Shown: one piece after another, positions 10,102 through 18,790 of the stretch
How the letters are laid out: every line of letters starts with the position of its first letter
Position numbering within the stretch: the stretch's first letter is position 1
Origin: an uncultured Gammaproteobacteria bacterium
Lineage (GTDB): Bacteria > Patescibacteriota > Patescibacteriia > Patescibacteriales > UBA12465
Direction: 5' to 3'
Length of the DNA: 64,000 nucleotides
Assembly: GCA_964355275.1 (NCBI GenBank)
Contig: CAYHCB010000005.1
Span: 4,325 to 68,324, forward strand
Notes under the pieces: generated by a model
Told to the model about the DNA's origin: nothing
Seen by the model: the letters and a program-made list of their open reading frames with translations, nothing else
Databases searched by the model: none
Translations under genes and position numbers: made by a program

Positions 10102-10659
10102 CTAGAATTTAACACTAATATTTTCTCTCTGGCTAGCGTCAGCTAACTCATAGAATTTATAACTGGTAAAATGTAATAAACCATTTATTACATTAGTTGG
10201 AAATACTTGTAATTTAGTATTAAAGTCACGAACATTACCATTGTAAAAGCGGCGAGAAGCCATAATTTTATCTTCGGTATCAGATAATTCACGTTGTAAT
10301 TCTAAGAAGTTTTGATTAGCTTTTAAATCAGGATAATTTTCTGATAAAGCGAAGATTGATTTTAAAGTAGCCGACAATTCATTTTCTGCTTTTATTTTAT
10401 TTTCAATATCTGAATTAGCTACGGCCATAGCAGAATTACGAGCGGCAACCACTTTTTCTAAAGTTCCCTGCTCATGAATAGCATAACCCTTAACTGTTTC
10501 AATTAAATTAGGAATTAAATCATAACGACGCTTAAGTTGCACATCAATATCACTCATCGCTTCTTCTACTCTATTTTTAAGAGTAATTAGTCCATTGTAC
10601 ATAGACACGATAACTATCGCTAAAATAACAATAACCCCGATAATAATCCAAGTAATCAT
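10102..10659 (-). CDS. lemA: LemA family protein
   Basis: N-terminal TM helix followed by YNGLITLKNRVEEAMSDIDVQLKRRYDLIPNL..., which is the canonical LemA core. It is commonly adjacent to HtpX and SPFH genes. Confidence 0.85.
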   Translation of the reverse strand: MITWIIIGVIVILAIVIVSMYNGLITLKNRVEEAMSDIDVQLKRRYDLIPNLIETVKGYAIHEQGTLEKVVAARNSAMAVANSDIENKIKAENELSATLKSIFALSENYPDLKANQNFLELQRELSDTEDKIMASRRFYNGNVRDFNTKLQVFPTNVINGLLHFTSYKFYELADASQRENISVKF

Positions 10660-10716
10660 AGTTTTTTAATTAATTATATAAGAATATTATGTCACAAAAT
10701 AGCAAAAAAATCAAGA

Positions 10717-13653
10717 TTAAAATCTTTTTAGGCCTAAACTAAATTTCTCATTATCAATTTTAATCTCTTTAGCACCGTCTACTTCTGGCATTGTTTCAAC
10801 AACTAAAATAGACTCGCTTAAAGTGTCTTTTTTAAGGTCATCCATTTTAGCAAGAATAACAGCAGTAATCTCAGCACTGGCACCAAGCACATAAACACTA
10901 GCAGTATCTGATAAATCAAAGCCAGCATCTTTACGCAACATATTTATAAAACGAACCAATTCTCTTTTTAAACCTTCAATTTTAAGTTCGGGGGTAATTT
11001 CAGTATCAAGAGTCACTTCAGCGTATTCTACCTCAGCCTTTTCCCATTTAACTTGTTTAATATTAAGTTCATCAGAAATTAAATTTAGATAATCTGATAC
11101 GAAGGCTTCGTCTTTAGCTTTAATAGTAATTGAATTTAACATTTGGCGAATCTTAATACCCGCTTCATCGCGACAAGCTAAACCTAATTCCACCACCTTA
11201 CGAACCAAAGTCATTTTTTCTAAATCATTTTTTTGGTCAGCGCTTAACTCTTTAATACTAGACCAGGTTTCTAAATGGACTGATTTATTTTTATCGGTAA
11301 AATTAAGGCCAGTAACTTTTTGCCAAAGACTTTCCGCTATAAACGGCATAGCTGGAGCAATAAGTTTAGAGACCTCTACTAAAATATATTTAGTAGTGGC
11401 TAATACTAAATTTTTATCATCACCCTCATCTTTAAAACGGTCACGACTACGACGTAAATACCAAGTGGAAAATTCATTAACAAATTCTGACACTGGCCGC
11501 ATCGCTTTGGGTAAATTATAGGCTTCCATCGCCTCAGTGACCTCTTGATGGAATAAATTAAACTTCGCTAATATCCATTTATCTAAAACATTAGGACTGC
11601 TAGGGTACTTTGTGTCTTCGGAGTTATCTGTGGCATACATTTCGTAAAACTTATAAACATTCCATAAAATCATTAAATTTTTACGAAGAGATTCTTCCAC
11701 CCCTTTTTCCGAAAAACTCAAATTCTCGGCCAACATCACTGGTGATGCTAAAAGATAAGAACGTAAAGCATCGGCGCCATATTTATCCATCACAACTGTT
11801 GGGTCAGGATAATTTTTTAATTTTTTTGACATTTTTTTACCATCTTCGGCTAACACGATGCCATTTACAATTACATTGTTAAAGCCGTGGGTCTTTTTTA
11901 AGCCACCGGCAAGGACATGAGTATAATAAAACCAAGTTCTTGTTTGATCAGCCCCTTCAGCGATAAACTGGGCCGGAAAATTAGCTTCAAACTTGTCTTT
12001 ATTTTCAAAAGGATAATGTAATTGAGCATAAGGCATTGAACCAGATTCGAACCAACAATCAAGTACATCGGAAATTCGTTTCATTTGTTTGCCGCATTTT
12101 TGACAAGCAAAAGTAATAGGATCAACTTTATCTTTATGAATATCGGTAATTTTTTTACCAGACAATTCTTCAAGCTCGGCAACGCTACCGACAACATGCA
12201 AATTACCACACTCACACTCCCAAATTGGAATAGCGCTTGCCCAAAAACGTTGACGAGAAATTGACCAATCACGAGCACCATCTAACCAATTACCAAAACG
12301 GCCATTTTTAATATAATCGGGTGACCAATTTATATTTTTAGCATACTCTAAAAGATCTGGTTTAATTTTAGTTACCCCAACAAACCATGAAGAAGTAGCA
12401 TAATTAATTAAAGGAGTATCGCAACGCCAACAATGAGGATAACTATGCTCATATTTTTCTTTATGAAAAAGAGTGCCGTGACCAGCTAAATATTTAATAA
12501 TTTCAATATCAGTGGCCATGTGATCTTCAATTGGTTTAACATGCAAACCGGCTAAATCTGTTACCTCTTGTTTAAACAAACCATCCATCCCAACGTGTTG
12601 AATAAAAGGTAACTTTTTATCACGACCGAGCGCCATATCATCTTCACCAAAAGCAGGGGCAATATGAACAACACCGGTGCCGTCTTCTGTAGTAACAAAT
12701 TCGGCATCATAAATTTGCCAACCATTTTCTAAATTAGCTAGTTCATTATCTTGGGCGTAATAATTAAATAAAGGTTGATATTTTTTTCCGATTAAATCGG
12801 TGCCCTTAAACTCTGAAATAGGCTCATAAGCTTTATCTTTCATGATATCGACTAGGCGGCTTTTAGCTAAAATATATTTAGCATCTTCTATTTTTACTTT
12901 TACATAATCAATTTCCGCACCGATAGCTAAAGCGACATTACCAATTAAAGTCCAAGGAGTGGTTGTCCAAGCCAAGACAAAAGTTCCTGGCTCATCTATT
13001 AATTCAAATTTAGCAATCGCTGATAAATCTTTTATATCCTTATACCCTTCACTAACTTCTGATTGTGACAGAGTTGTTTCGCAACGCGGACAAATATGCA
13101 TGGAACGATAATCTTTATAGATTAAATCTCGGTTCCAGAGTTCCTTAAAAGCCCACCAAACGGTTTCCATATAATCTAAATCCATCGTGCGATAAGCATT
13201 ATCCATGTCAGCCCAACGACCCATTCGATTAATAATTTGCTTCCAATCATCGATATAAGTTGCTACTTGAGCCCGGCACAGGTCATTAAATTTTGCCACG
13301 CCTAATTCTTCAATATCTTTTTTAGATTTTGTGCCTAATTCTTTTTCCACAATATTTTCGATTGGTAGCCCGTGGCAATCCCAACCCCATTTACGTTCTA
13401 CATGATAACCGCGCATCGTTTGATAACGTGGCACCATATCTTTCATGATACTACCTACTAAGTGACCATAATGCGGTGTACCAGTGGCAAATGGTGGTCC
13501 ATCATAAAAAACATATTCACCCAAAGGTGACTCTTTAGTTAAAGATTTATTAAAAATGTCAGCTTCATTCCAAAATTTTAAAACATTTTCTTCCATAGCA
13601 GGAAAAGAAGTTCTTTCTTGACCGCCGTCCTCTTTATTATTTTGTTCACTCAT
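10717..13653 (-). CDS. ileS: Isoleucine--tRNA ligase, type 2 (eukaryote-like)
   Basis: 978 aa. HIGH-region variant PPFATGTPHYGHLVG, a KMSKKL KMSKS motif, CP1 editing domain features, and no C-terminal bacterial type-1 zinc knuckle. Confidence 0.95.
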   Translation of the reverse strand: MSEQNNKEDGGQERTSFPAMEENVLKFWNEADIFNKSLTKESPLGEYVFYDGPPFATGTPHYGHLVGSIMKDMVPRYQTMRGYHVERKWGWDCHGLPIENIVEKELGTKSKKDIEELGVAKFNDLCRAQVATYIDDWKQIINRMGRWADMDNAYRTMDLDYMETVWWAFKELWNRDLIYKDYRSMHICPRCETTLSQSEVSEGYKDIKDLSAIAKFELIDEPGTFVLAWTTTPWTLIGNVALAIGAEIDYVKVKIEDAKYILAKSRLVDIMKDKAYEPISEFKGTDLIGKKYQPLFNYYAQDNELANLENGWQIYDAEFVTTEDGTGVVHIAPAFGEDDMALGRDKKLPFIQHVGMDGLFKQEVTDLAGLHVKPIEDHMATDIEIIKYLAGHGTLFHKEKYEHSYPHCWRCDTPLINYATSSWFVGVTKIKPDLLEYAKNINWSPDYIKNGRFGNWLDGARDWSISRQRFWASAIPIWECECGNLHVVGSVAELEELSGKKITDIHKDKVDPITFACQKCGKQMKRISDVLDCWFESGSMPYAQLHYPFENKDKFEANFPAQFIAEGADQTRTWFYYTHVLAGGLKKTHGFNNVIVNGIVLAEDGKKMSKKLKNYPDPTVVMDKYGADALRSYLLASPVMLAENLSFSEKGVEESLRKNLMILWNVYKFYEMYATDNSEDTKYPSSPNVLDKWILAKFNLFHQEVTEAMEAYNLPKAMRPVSEFVNEFSTWYLRRSRDRFKDEGDDKNLVLATTKYILVEVSKLIAPAMPFIAESLWQKVTGLNFTDKNKSVHLETWSSIKELSADQKNDLEKMTLVRKVVELGLACRDEAGIKIRQMLNSITIKAKDEAFVSDYLNLISDELNIKQVKWEKAEVEYAEVTLDTEITPELKIEGLKRELVRFINMLRKDAGFDLSDTASVYVLGASAEITAVILAKMDDLKKDTLSESILVVETMPEVDGAKEIKIDNEKFSLGLKRF

Positions 13654-13733
13654 ATTTTAATTTTTATTTTCTAAGTAAGTTGCTAGATAATATAATAGAA
13701 AAATATCATATAAACCCCTAAAAATCAAGAAAA

Positions 13734-13760
13734 ACAAAAAACCCCCAGCCAGTGGGGATT
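13734..13760 (-). terminator. Intrinsic terminator after the rdgB-side operon, separating it from ileS
   Basis: cccca / tgggg stem with a 5-nt loop, followed on the minus strand by TTTTTTG. Confidence 0.6.
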
Positions 13761-13784
13761 TTCTTAAAGCAATATAATTATTTT

Positions 13785-14318
13785 TTAATTACCAATAAAA
13801 TCAGCTAATTTCTGAGCTGCCTGACGACGCATACTGATCTTATTTTTTTCATGAATACCCATTTCGGCAAAGGTGTTGTCATAACCATCTGGTTGAAAGA
13901 TAGGGTCCCAACCAAAAGAAGTTTCACCTAGTGGCATAACAATTCGTCCGGAAATTGTACCCTCAAAATAAGATATCTCCCCTTGACCGTCGACATAACC
14001 AATAATAGTTTTAGCTTCTGCTCGATCATTACCGGAAGACAGCGCTAACTTAGCTAAACCCTCGCGGCCAATAGCTTTCATAAACCATCTAATAAATGGG
14101 CCCGGTAAGCCATGAAGGCCATCTAAATATAAAGAGGTATCTTCAACAATAAAATTACCAGGAACATGGTCAAGCGCTGCTTTTAATTTAAAAGCAACAA
14201 TTTCTTGAGGATCTAAACTCTGGATTTCTGGTAAATCAATATCTAATTGTTCAATATCCGGTAAAACGGCTTTTACTTCCGCAAATTTATTAATGTTACC
14301 AGTGATAAACTTAATCAT
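13785..14318 (-). CDS. rdgB: Non-canonical purine NTP pyrophosphatase (RdgB/Ham1, dITP/XTP pyrophosphatase)
   Basis: [12 protein letters not shown]-terminal motif, [37 protein letters not shown], and [10 protein letters not shown]. Confidence 0.9.
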   Translation of the reverse strand: MIKFITGNINKFAEVKAVLPDIEQLDIDLPEIQSLDPQEIVAFKLKAALDHVPGNFIVEDTSLYLDGLHGLPGPFIRWFMKAIGREGLAKLALSSGNDRAEAKTIIGYVDGQGEISYFEGTISGRIVMPLGETSFGWDPIFQPDGYDNTFAEMGIHEKNKISMRRQAAQKLADFIGN

Positions 14319-14329
14319 ATATTTATTAG

Positions 14330-14545
14330 TTACAATAACTTATCATCTTCAACTTTTTGATTAAAAACTTCATTTTTTATGCGCTCAACCTGTTCACTAT
14401 TTTCATAGTACTCATTTTTAAAAATTTTATACATCATCGGTAAGACACCGCACTGATTGCAAACCCCCCAATTACATTGCCCGCCATTATTGTTGTGCAA
14501 GTCTCGGCAAATAGCCGTCTCGCGATCAAAAATAGCTTTACTCAT
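14330..14545 (-). CDS. Small Cys-rich protein (CX10CX4CX2C), function unknown
   Basis: 71 aa; four Cys arranged as a putative zinc ribbon (ICRDL...[11 protein letters not shown]). Confidence 0.4.
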   Translation of the reverse strand: MSKAIFDRETAICRDLHNNNGGQCNWGVCNQCGVLPMMYKIFKNEYYENSEQVERIKNEVFNQKVEDDKLL

Positions 14546-14614
14546 ATAATTTACTTAAAATTTTTATTAAAAAATTATTTATTATATTTTAATCCTTTAT
14601 TTTTATTATGTAAA

Positions 14615-15100
14615 TTAAATTTTATAACCGTTTTCTAAATATACAACATTCTTTCCGTCTAAATAAGATTTAATTCTCTTTTTAAGGGGTAGACCTAATA
14701 ACTTTAAAGCCTCCTCTAAAGAACAAAAACGAAATTCTAAAATTTCTTCACCATCAATTTTAATTAAGGCTGCTATTTTTTTAGTTATAACGCCGCAATC
14801 AAACAAGATTTGCAGAGATTCAGTATTTTGTACATTATTTACCACTTTGGGAAAGCAATAATCTAATACAGCTAATTTAGCAACAGCAAAATCGATATCT
14901 AGCTCTTCTTTAACTTCACGACGTAGCGCCATATCTAAAGATTCATCTTTTTCCACCACGCCACCGGGCAAAGTCCAATATTTTTTATAGCTTGCTCTTA
15001 AAATTAAAATTTGACCCTGCTCATTAAAAAATAAAGCGCCGACCGCCATTCTTTTTTGCGGTAGTGTTTTATAATAAATTTTAGGGTCAATAAATTCCAT
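14615..15100 (-). CDS. NUDIX hydrolase
   Basis: Nudix box GGVVEKDESLDMALRREVKEELDI (GX5EX7REUXEEXGU). Confidence 0.8.
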   Translation of the reverse strand: MEFIDPKIYYKTLPQKRMAVGALFFNEQGQILILRASYKKYWTLPGGVVEKDESLDMALRREVKEELDIDFAVAKLAVLDYCFPKVVNNVQNTESLQILFDCGVITKKIAALIKIDGEEILEFRFCSLEEALKLLGLPLKKRIKSYLDGKNVVYLENGYKI

Positions 15101-15193
15101 AAAAAATGAAAGTTTAATCTTTATAACATTAAAAGCAAAATTAACAGTATTTGTCAGTGCGCTGCCACAATCTAAAACAGTTGATCTATAAAA

Positions 15194-16030
15194 TTATTTT
15201 AATTCTTTTTGTTTTTTATTTAAAAAATTATCTTTGGAAATTATAGATCGACCAACTCTTTTTTCTAACTCTTCTCTAGCCTTTTTTGATACTCCGCCTC
15301 CTTTTTGAGCTACTTGCCTATTTTCAATAAAATTTTGCGGTTCTTCAACTTTAGAAATCTCTGTCGTTGAAGCTTCAGCTAACATATTTAAAACTAATTC
15401 TAAGTTAGTCATATTATCTCGCAAATTTTCTTTTTTAAGTTCTTTAACTTTTTTATAATCTTTAACCTTTAAACCAGCCCAAGCAAAAGTAATATCATCA
15501 GTCAAAATAGCAAATTCATTTTGTGCTTTAACTCCTCGTCCCGTCCATTCATTAGTTAAACTTTTTCTAATTTCAATACTTTTTAGTCTCAAATCAATCC
15601 AATCTTTAGAATACCCTTTCTGTAAATAAATAGTCATCGCTCTTTGGATCGCTTTTTCTGGATCTTCTATTTCCTCAACTCTCTCATAACCAACCCGAGC
15701 TAACCAAAGTTTAAATGGTTCGGCATGAGGTGATGGGATTGATTGAATAATACGAAAAACTGTTTCTGTGTCAGCGGCATCTGATAAGTAATATTTACCA
15801 TCTTTAGATAAAAATTTCAGTTGTACGATAAAATCGTACACCTGACTGCCCTCTTTATTAAGTTTATCTTTTAAATCCGACCAATAACGTTTAGATATAG
15901 AGCTTCGGGAAAGCACCCCAACTACATCAACAACTGAAAAATACCATTTCTCTTGGCCGTCATCCCAAATTTTTCTAATCTCTTTGTTTTGAAATAAAGA
16001 AATATTTTGTTTTTGTTCTTCTTTTTTCAT
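15194..16030 (-). CDS. Bro-N domain protein, DinD-like (DNA-damage-inducible protein D / antirepressor-like), paralog 1
   Basis: N-terminal Bro-N signature (IRKIWDDGQEKWYFSVVDVVGVL) and a conserved FRIIQSIPSPHAEPFKLWLARVGYERVEEIEDPE core. Paralogous to 27163-28011. Confidence 0.65.
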   Translation of the reverse strand: MKKEEQKQNISLFQNKEIRKIWDDGQEKWYFSVVDVVGVLSRSSISKRYWSDLKDKLNKEGSQVYDFIVQLKFLSKDGKYYLSDAADTETVFRIIQSIPSPHAEPFKLWLARVGYERVEEIEDPEKAIQRAMTIYLQKGYSKDWIDLRLKSIEIRKSLTNEWTGRGVKAQNEFAILTDDITFAWAGLKVKDYKKVKELKKENLRDNMTNLELVLNMLAEASTTEISKVEEPQNFIENRQVAQKGGGVSKKAREELEKRVGRSIISKDNFLNKKQKELK

Positions 16031-16041
16031 ACTTTTAATGA

Positions 16042-16060
16042 TTAATTATTACATTAATCA
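16042..16060 (-). promoter_or_regulatory. Conserved upstream motif / inverted repeat of the Bro-N paralog 1 (candidate operator or promoter element)
   Basis: TTAATTATTA-ca-TTAATCA lies 11-30 nt upstream of the start and forms an 8-bp inverted repeat (tgattaat-N6-attaatca). The same two blocks recur upstream of paralog 2. Confidence 0.4.
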
Positions 16061-16107
16061 CTATAACAAATTGACTATGAAGAAAACTTTAATATTTTAT
16101 CAATGTT

Positions 16108-16539
16108 TTAAAGCTTATAAGAAATTTTTAAACACTCGTCTAAATCTCTTATTAAATCTAAGTCCAGGATGTCTGCTGGCTTAGCCCACTTATAATTTTT
16201 ATGTTCACCGTCATTAATTTTTATCACCGGTCTTTCGGTTAAGACCACTTTAAACATATGAAAAATAAATTGATACGTGGGATACACAACATATAATTTT
16301 TCTAAATACTTTAATTCTCCTAACTCGACACTAAGCCCGGTCTCTTCAAAAATTTCACGACTTATTGCCTTAATTTCATTTTCGTCAGCATCAATTTTGC
16401 CAGCCGGAAGACCCCAAGTATTTCCTTCAGGCTTATGATCTTGACGATGCAAAATCAAAACTTCACCCCTATATTCTAAATAACAACTAACAACTTCAAA
16501 GCGAGGGATAAAATTTTCGGGCTCGGTTTTATAAATCAT
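16108..16539 (-). CDS. NUDIX hydrolase
   Basis: Nudix box GLPAGKIDADENEIKAISREIFEETGL. Confidence 0.8.
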   Translation of the reverse strand: MIYKTEPENFIPRFEVVSCYLEYRGEVLILHRQDHKPEGNTWGLPAGKIDADENEIKAISREIFEETGLSVELGELKYLEKLYVVYPTYQFIFHMFKVVLTERPVIKINDGEHKNYKWAKPADILDLDLIRDLDECLKISYKL

Positions 16540-16547
16540 ATATAAAT

Positions 16548-16889
16548 CTAATATTCTTTTTCAATCTCTACCTGCTCTTCAAAAATTTCTTTAATCTCTT
16601 TAGAGTCTATAATCTCAAAATATTTTACAACTTTGCCATTACTTTTAGCTAATTTTATCTTAGCCTCAACACCATTACTAATTTTACCAAAAACCCATAT
16701 TTCATTACATTTTTCCACAATAGCATTATTTGACTCTCTAATTTTATCACGGGAGATTGTATCTAATAAAAAATACTCATGAATCATAAACGGATTAAGT
16801 GGTGCCCCGTCATGCTCTAAAATATATTTAGAGATATGCATTCTAAAATAAAATAAATGTTTCGAAAAAGCAGGATAAATTAATTTCAT
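16548..16889 (-). CDS. Small protein, DUF4406-like (nucleoside 2-deoxyribosyltransferase-like fold) - tentative
   Basis: The C-terminal segment EIWVFGKISNGVEAKIKLAKSNGKVV resembles the DUF4406 'W-S-G-E-A-G' pattern. The N-terminus is atypical. Confidence 0.3.
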   Translation of the reverse strand: MKLIYPAFSKHLFYFRMHISKYILEHDGAPLNPFMIHEYFLLDTISRDKIRESNNAIVEKCNEIWVFGKISNGVEAKIKLAKSNGKVVKYFEIIDSKEIKEIFEEQVEIEKEY

Positions 16890-16903
16890 ATTTTTATAAA
16901 TAA

Positions 16904-17113
16904 TTATTCTCCAAGATATTTAAACCTTGGCATTATTACACCATTTATTTCGACATTTTCTAAAAACATAGCTAGCGGTCTAACCCATAAATCGTAGTCG
17001 CCATAAAGAGCGCGATAAACTACTAAGTCTTCTAAGGTTTCACTGTGATGAGCTAAACCAATTACTTCATATTCATCACCTTTATAGTGCTTATATTTTC
17101 CTAATTTAATCAT
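16904..17113 (-). CDS. DUF1653 domain protein
   Basis: YKHYKGDEYEVIGLAHHSETLEDLVVYRALYGDYDLWVRPLAMF matches the DUF1653 consensus across nearly the full length. It overlaps the ppa stop by 4 nt. Confidence 0.8.
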   Translation of the reverse strand: MIKLGKYKHYKGDEYEVIGLAHHSETLEDLVVYRALYGDYDLWVRPLAMFLENVEINGVIMPRFKYLGE

Positions 17114-17559
17114 ACTAAAAATTGTTTATATCCTTGTTCAATATATTCTTTAGCCAGCTTGGCGTTTTCAATTGATTTAAACTTATGATGATAAGAAAAA
17201 AATTCTGAAATAAGTTTTCGCTCACTTTCTAAAATATCTTCCCAAATTTTAATATTTTTAATACTGCTATCTATAGCCACAACCTTATCGTCGCCATCAG
17301 CTCGATTGATTAAAGCAATCGGTTCAACCTCGAGTTCCTGACCAACACTTAAAATATTTTCTGAAATAATTAAAACGTCAATCTCATCACCCTCTTTAAT
17401 ATTTAAGGTATTACAAATATAACCATAATTAACTGGCATAACACCATCATTTATTGGAATAATATCTTTAATCGGACCTAAGTCAATAAAACCAGTTTTA
17501 TCAAATTTAAAATGCCTACGTCTCGTGTCCCCTTTTGGCATTTCAATAATTACTTTCAT
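17110..17559 (-). CDS. ppa: Inorganic pyrophosphatase (family I, short form)
   Basis: VIIEMPKGDTRRRHFKFDKTG, NYGYICNTLNIKEGDEIDVLI, GDDKVVAI, ISEFFSYHHKF. Each aligns to the corresponding E. coli PPase segment (IEIP...KYE..DK; NYGYI..TL..DGDPVDVLV; DAKLVAV; HFFEHYK). Confidence 0.85.
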   Translation of the reverse strand: MKVIIEMPKGDTRRRHFKFDKTGFIDLGPIKDIIPINDGVMPVNYGYICNTLNIKEGDEIDVLIISENILSVGQELEVEPIALINRADGDDKVVAIDSSIKNIKIWEDILESERKLISEFFSYHHKFKSIENAKLAKEYIEQGYKQFLV

Positions 17560-17560
17560 A

Positions 17561-17830
17561 TTATTTTTTCAAATCATTATTTCTACTCTTTAACCAAACC
17601 TTCTTAAAAAATGGCATAGTTAGAGTGGAAATCATAAAACCGGTCGTTGGAACAATTGCATTTATCCAGGGTTTAGATACTTCTATCGCCCCCAAATACA
17701 AGCCAATAGCTAAATAAGTAAAGACCGCTAGCAAAACTCGGCGAGTCCAACTTTTTTCCCAATCTTTATCCGACTCCACTCGAGAGTTTCTGTCTTCTAT
17801 TTGTTTAATTCTCTGTTCTAAATCTTCCAT
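17561..17830 (-). CDS. Small membrane protein (coiled-coil N-terminus plus two TM helices), unknown function
   Basis: 89 aa with hydrophobic helices (LLAVFTYLAIGLYLGAI; GFMISTLTMPFF). It abuts ppa with a 1-nt gap. Confidence 0.4.
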   Translation of the reverse strand: MEDLEQRIKQIEDRNSRVESDKDWEKSWTRRVLLAVFTYLAIGLYLGAIEVSKPWINAIVPTTGFMISTLTMPFFKKVWLKSRNNDLKK

Positions 17831-17845
17831 ATTTTTAATAAAAAA

Positions 17846-18778
17846 TTAACTTGGATTGGAAAGATTTTTTCTTAAATTTTCTAATTCAACTTGATTATTC
17901 ATCTCATTCTCCATAATTTCAGATTCGCTCCAGAGATAAAAACGATATTTTGATTCTAAATCTTCTGAATTACCAGTAACTGAAATTAATTTTTTGTCTT
18001 CATAAAGCTCCGAGTTCTCTTTCAGCATCCTGTCTTGTATGGCTGATTTAATATCATCATAACCAGTTATTTTTTTATAAACATCGTCGTCATAACATTT
18101 ATCTAAAGGGATATGAATATCTAATTTTTTTAGCTTTTCTTTAACATCGGGGTTTATTATTACGCTATCTAGAGCACTTAAAAAACAACCGCGAAGATTA
18201 CCGCCAAACATAGTAAAAGAAGCTTTTTCTTGGTTACTAATTAAATTATTAATTAAACTTTTATCTATCTTGCCGCTAGAATCTACTAATCTAAAAGTTT
18301 TATCATCTTCAGATGAAGAATTAACTGTTTTATTATCAGTATTTTCCTGATAACCAACTTCGATTAAATTTCTATTAATACTCTGAGAAAGATGAGTACT
18401 AATATCTTCCAAAGAATCGCCATGTCTACTATGAATACTAAAAATATTAATAGGAGTATCTAATATAAAAGGGTCTTTTTCTTTTCCAAGAGACAGTAGC
18501 TCATTTTTTCTTTTGGCCCCTTCCTCAATTAAATCATTTTTATCAGCTGCGATAGACTCTTGTCTCATTCGAGAATATTCTTTTCTGCCAATAGTTTCAG
18601 CAATTTTGCTATTACTATCATGAAAATTTGAAATTTTACCTTTATCAATCATCTTGCTAAGCTTCTTTTTACTTTTGTCTGACAACAGTTCGGTACGAAA
18701 AAGCCTCTTATTATCAAGCTGACTAACATCTGGTATCTCTTTTTTGGAAAATAGAGAATTAAAGGTCTCAAATTTCAT
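17846..18778 (-). CDS. Hypothetical protein (Ser/Lys/Asp-rich), unknown function
   Basis: A 310-aa ORF immediately downstream of secA on the same strand. No recognised motif. Confidence 0.5.
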   Translation of the reverse strand: MKFETFNSLFSKKEIPDVSQLDNKRLFRTELLSDKSKKKLSKMIDKGKISNFHDSNSKIAETIGRKEYSRMRQESIAADKNDLIEEGAKRKNELLSLGKEKDPFILDTPINIFSIHSRHGDSLEDISTHLSQSINRNLIEVGYQENTDNKTVNSSSEDDKTFRLVDSSGKIDKSLINNLISNQEKASFTMFGGNLRGCFLSALDSVIINPDVKEKLKKLDIHIPLDKCYDDDVYKKITGYDDIKSAIQDRMLKENSELYEDKKLISVTGNSEDLESKYRFYLWSESEIMENEMNNQVELENLRKNLSNPS

Positions 18779-18790
18779 AAATTTTAATTT

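Noticed and set aside
12030-12060. tRNA T-arm-like motif GGTTCGAATCTGG on the minus strand
   Set aside because: It lies inside the ileS CDS in frame with good protein sequence, with no acceptor or anticodon stem context. Coincidental.
11610-12281. 90-aa plus-strand and 66-aa minus-strand ORFs inside ileS
   Set aside because: They are embedded in the ileS coding region, whose translation is motif-perfect across this span.
13654-13784. Possible T-box leader upstream of ileS
   Set aside because: The intergenic space is only ~130 nt and is mostly occupied by the upstream terminator. No specifier-loop or T-box (AATTAGGGTGGNACCGCG-like) sequence is visible.
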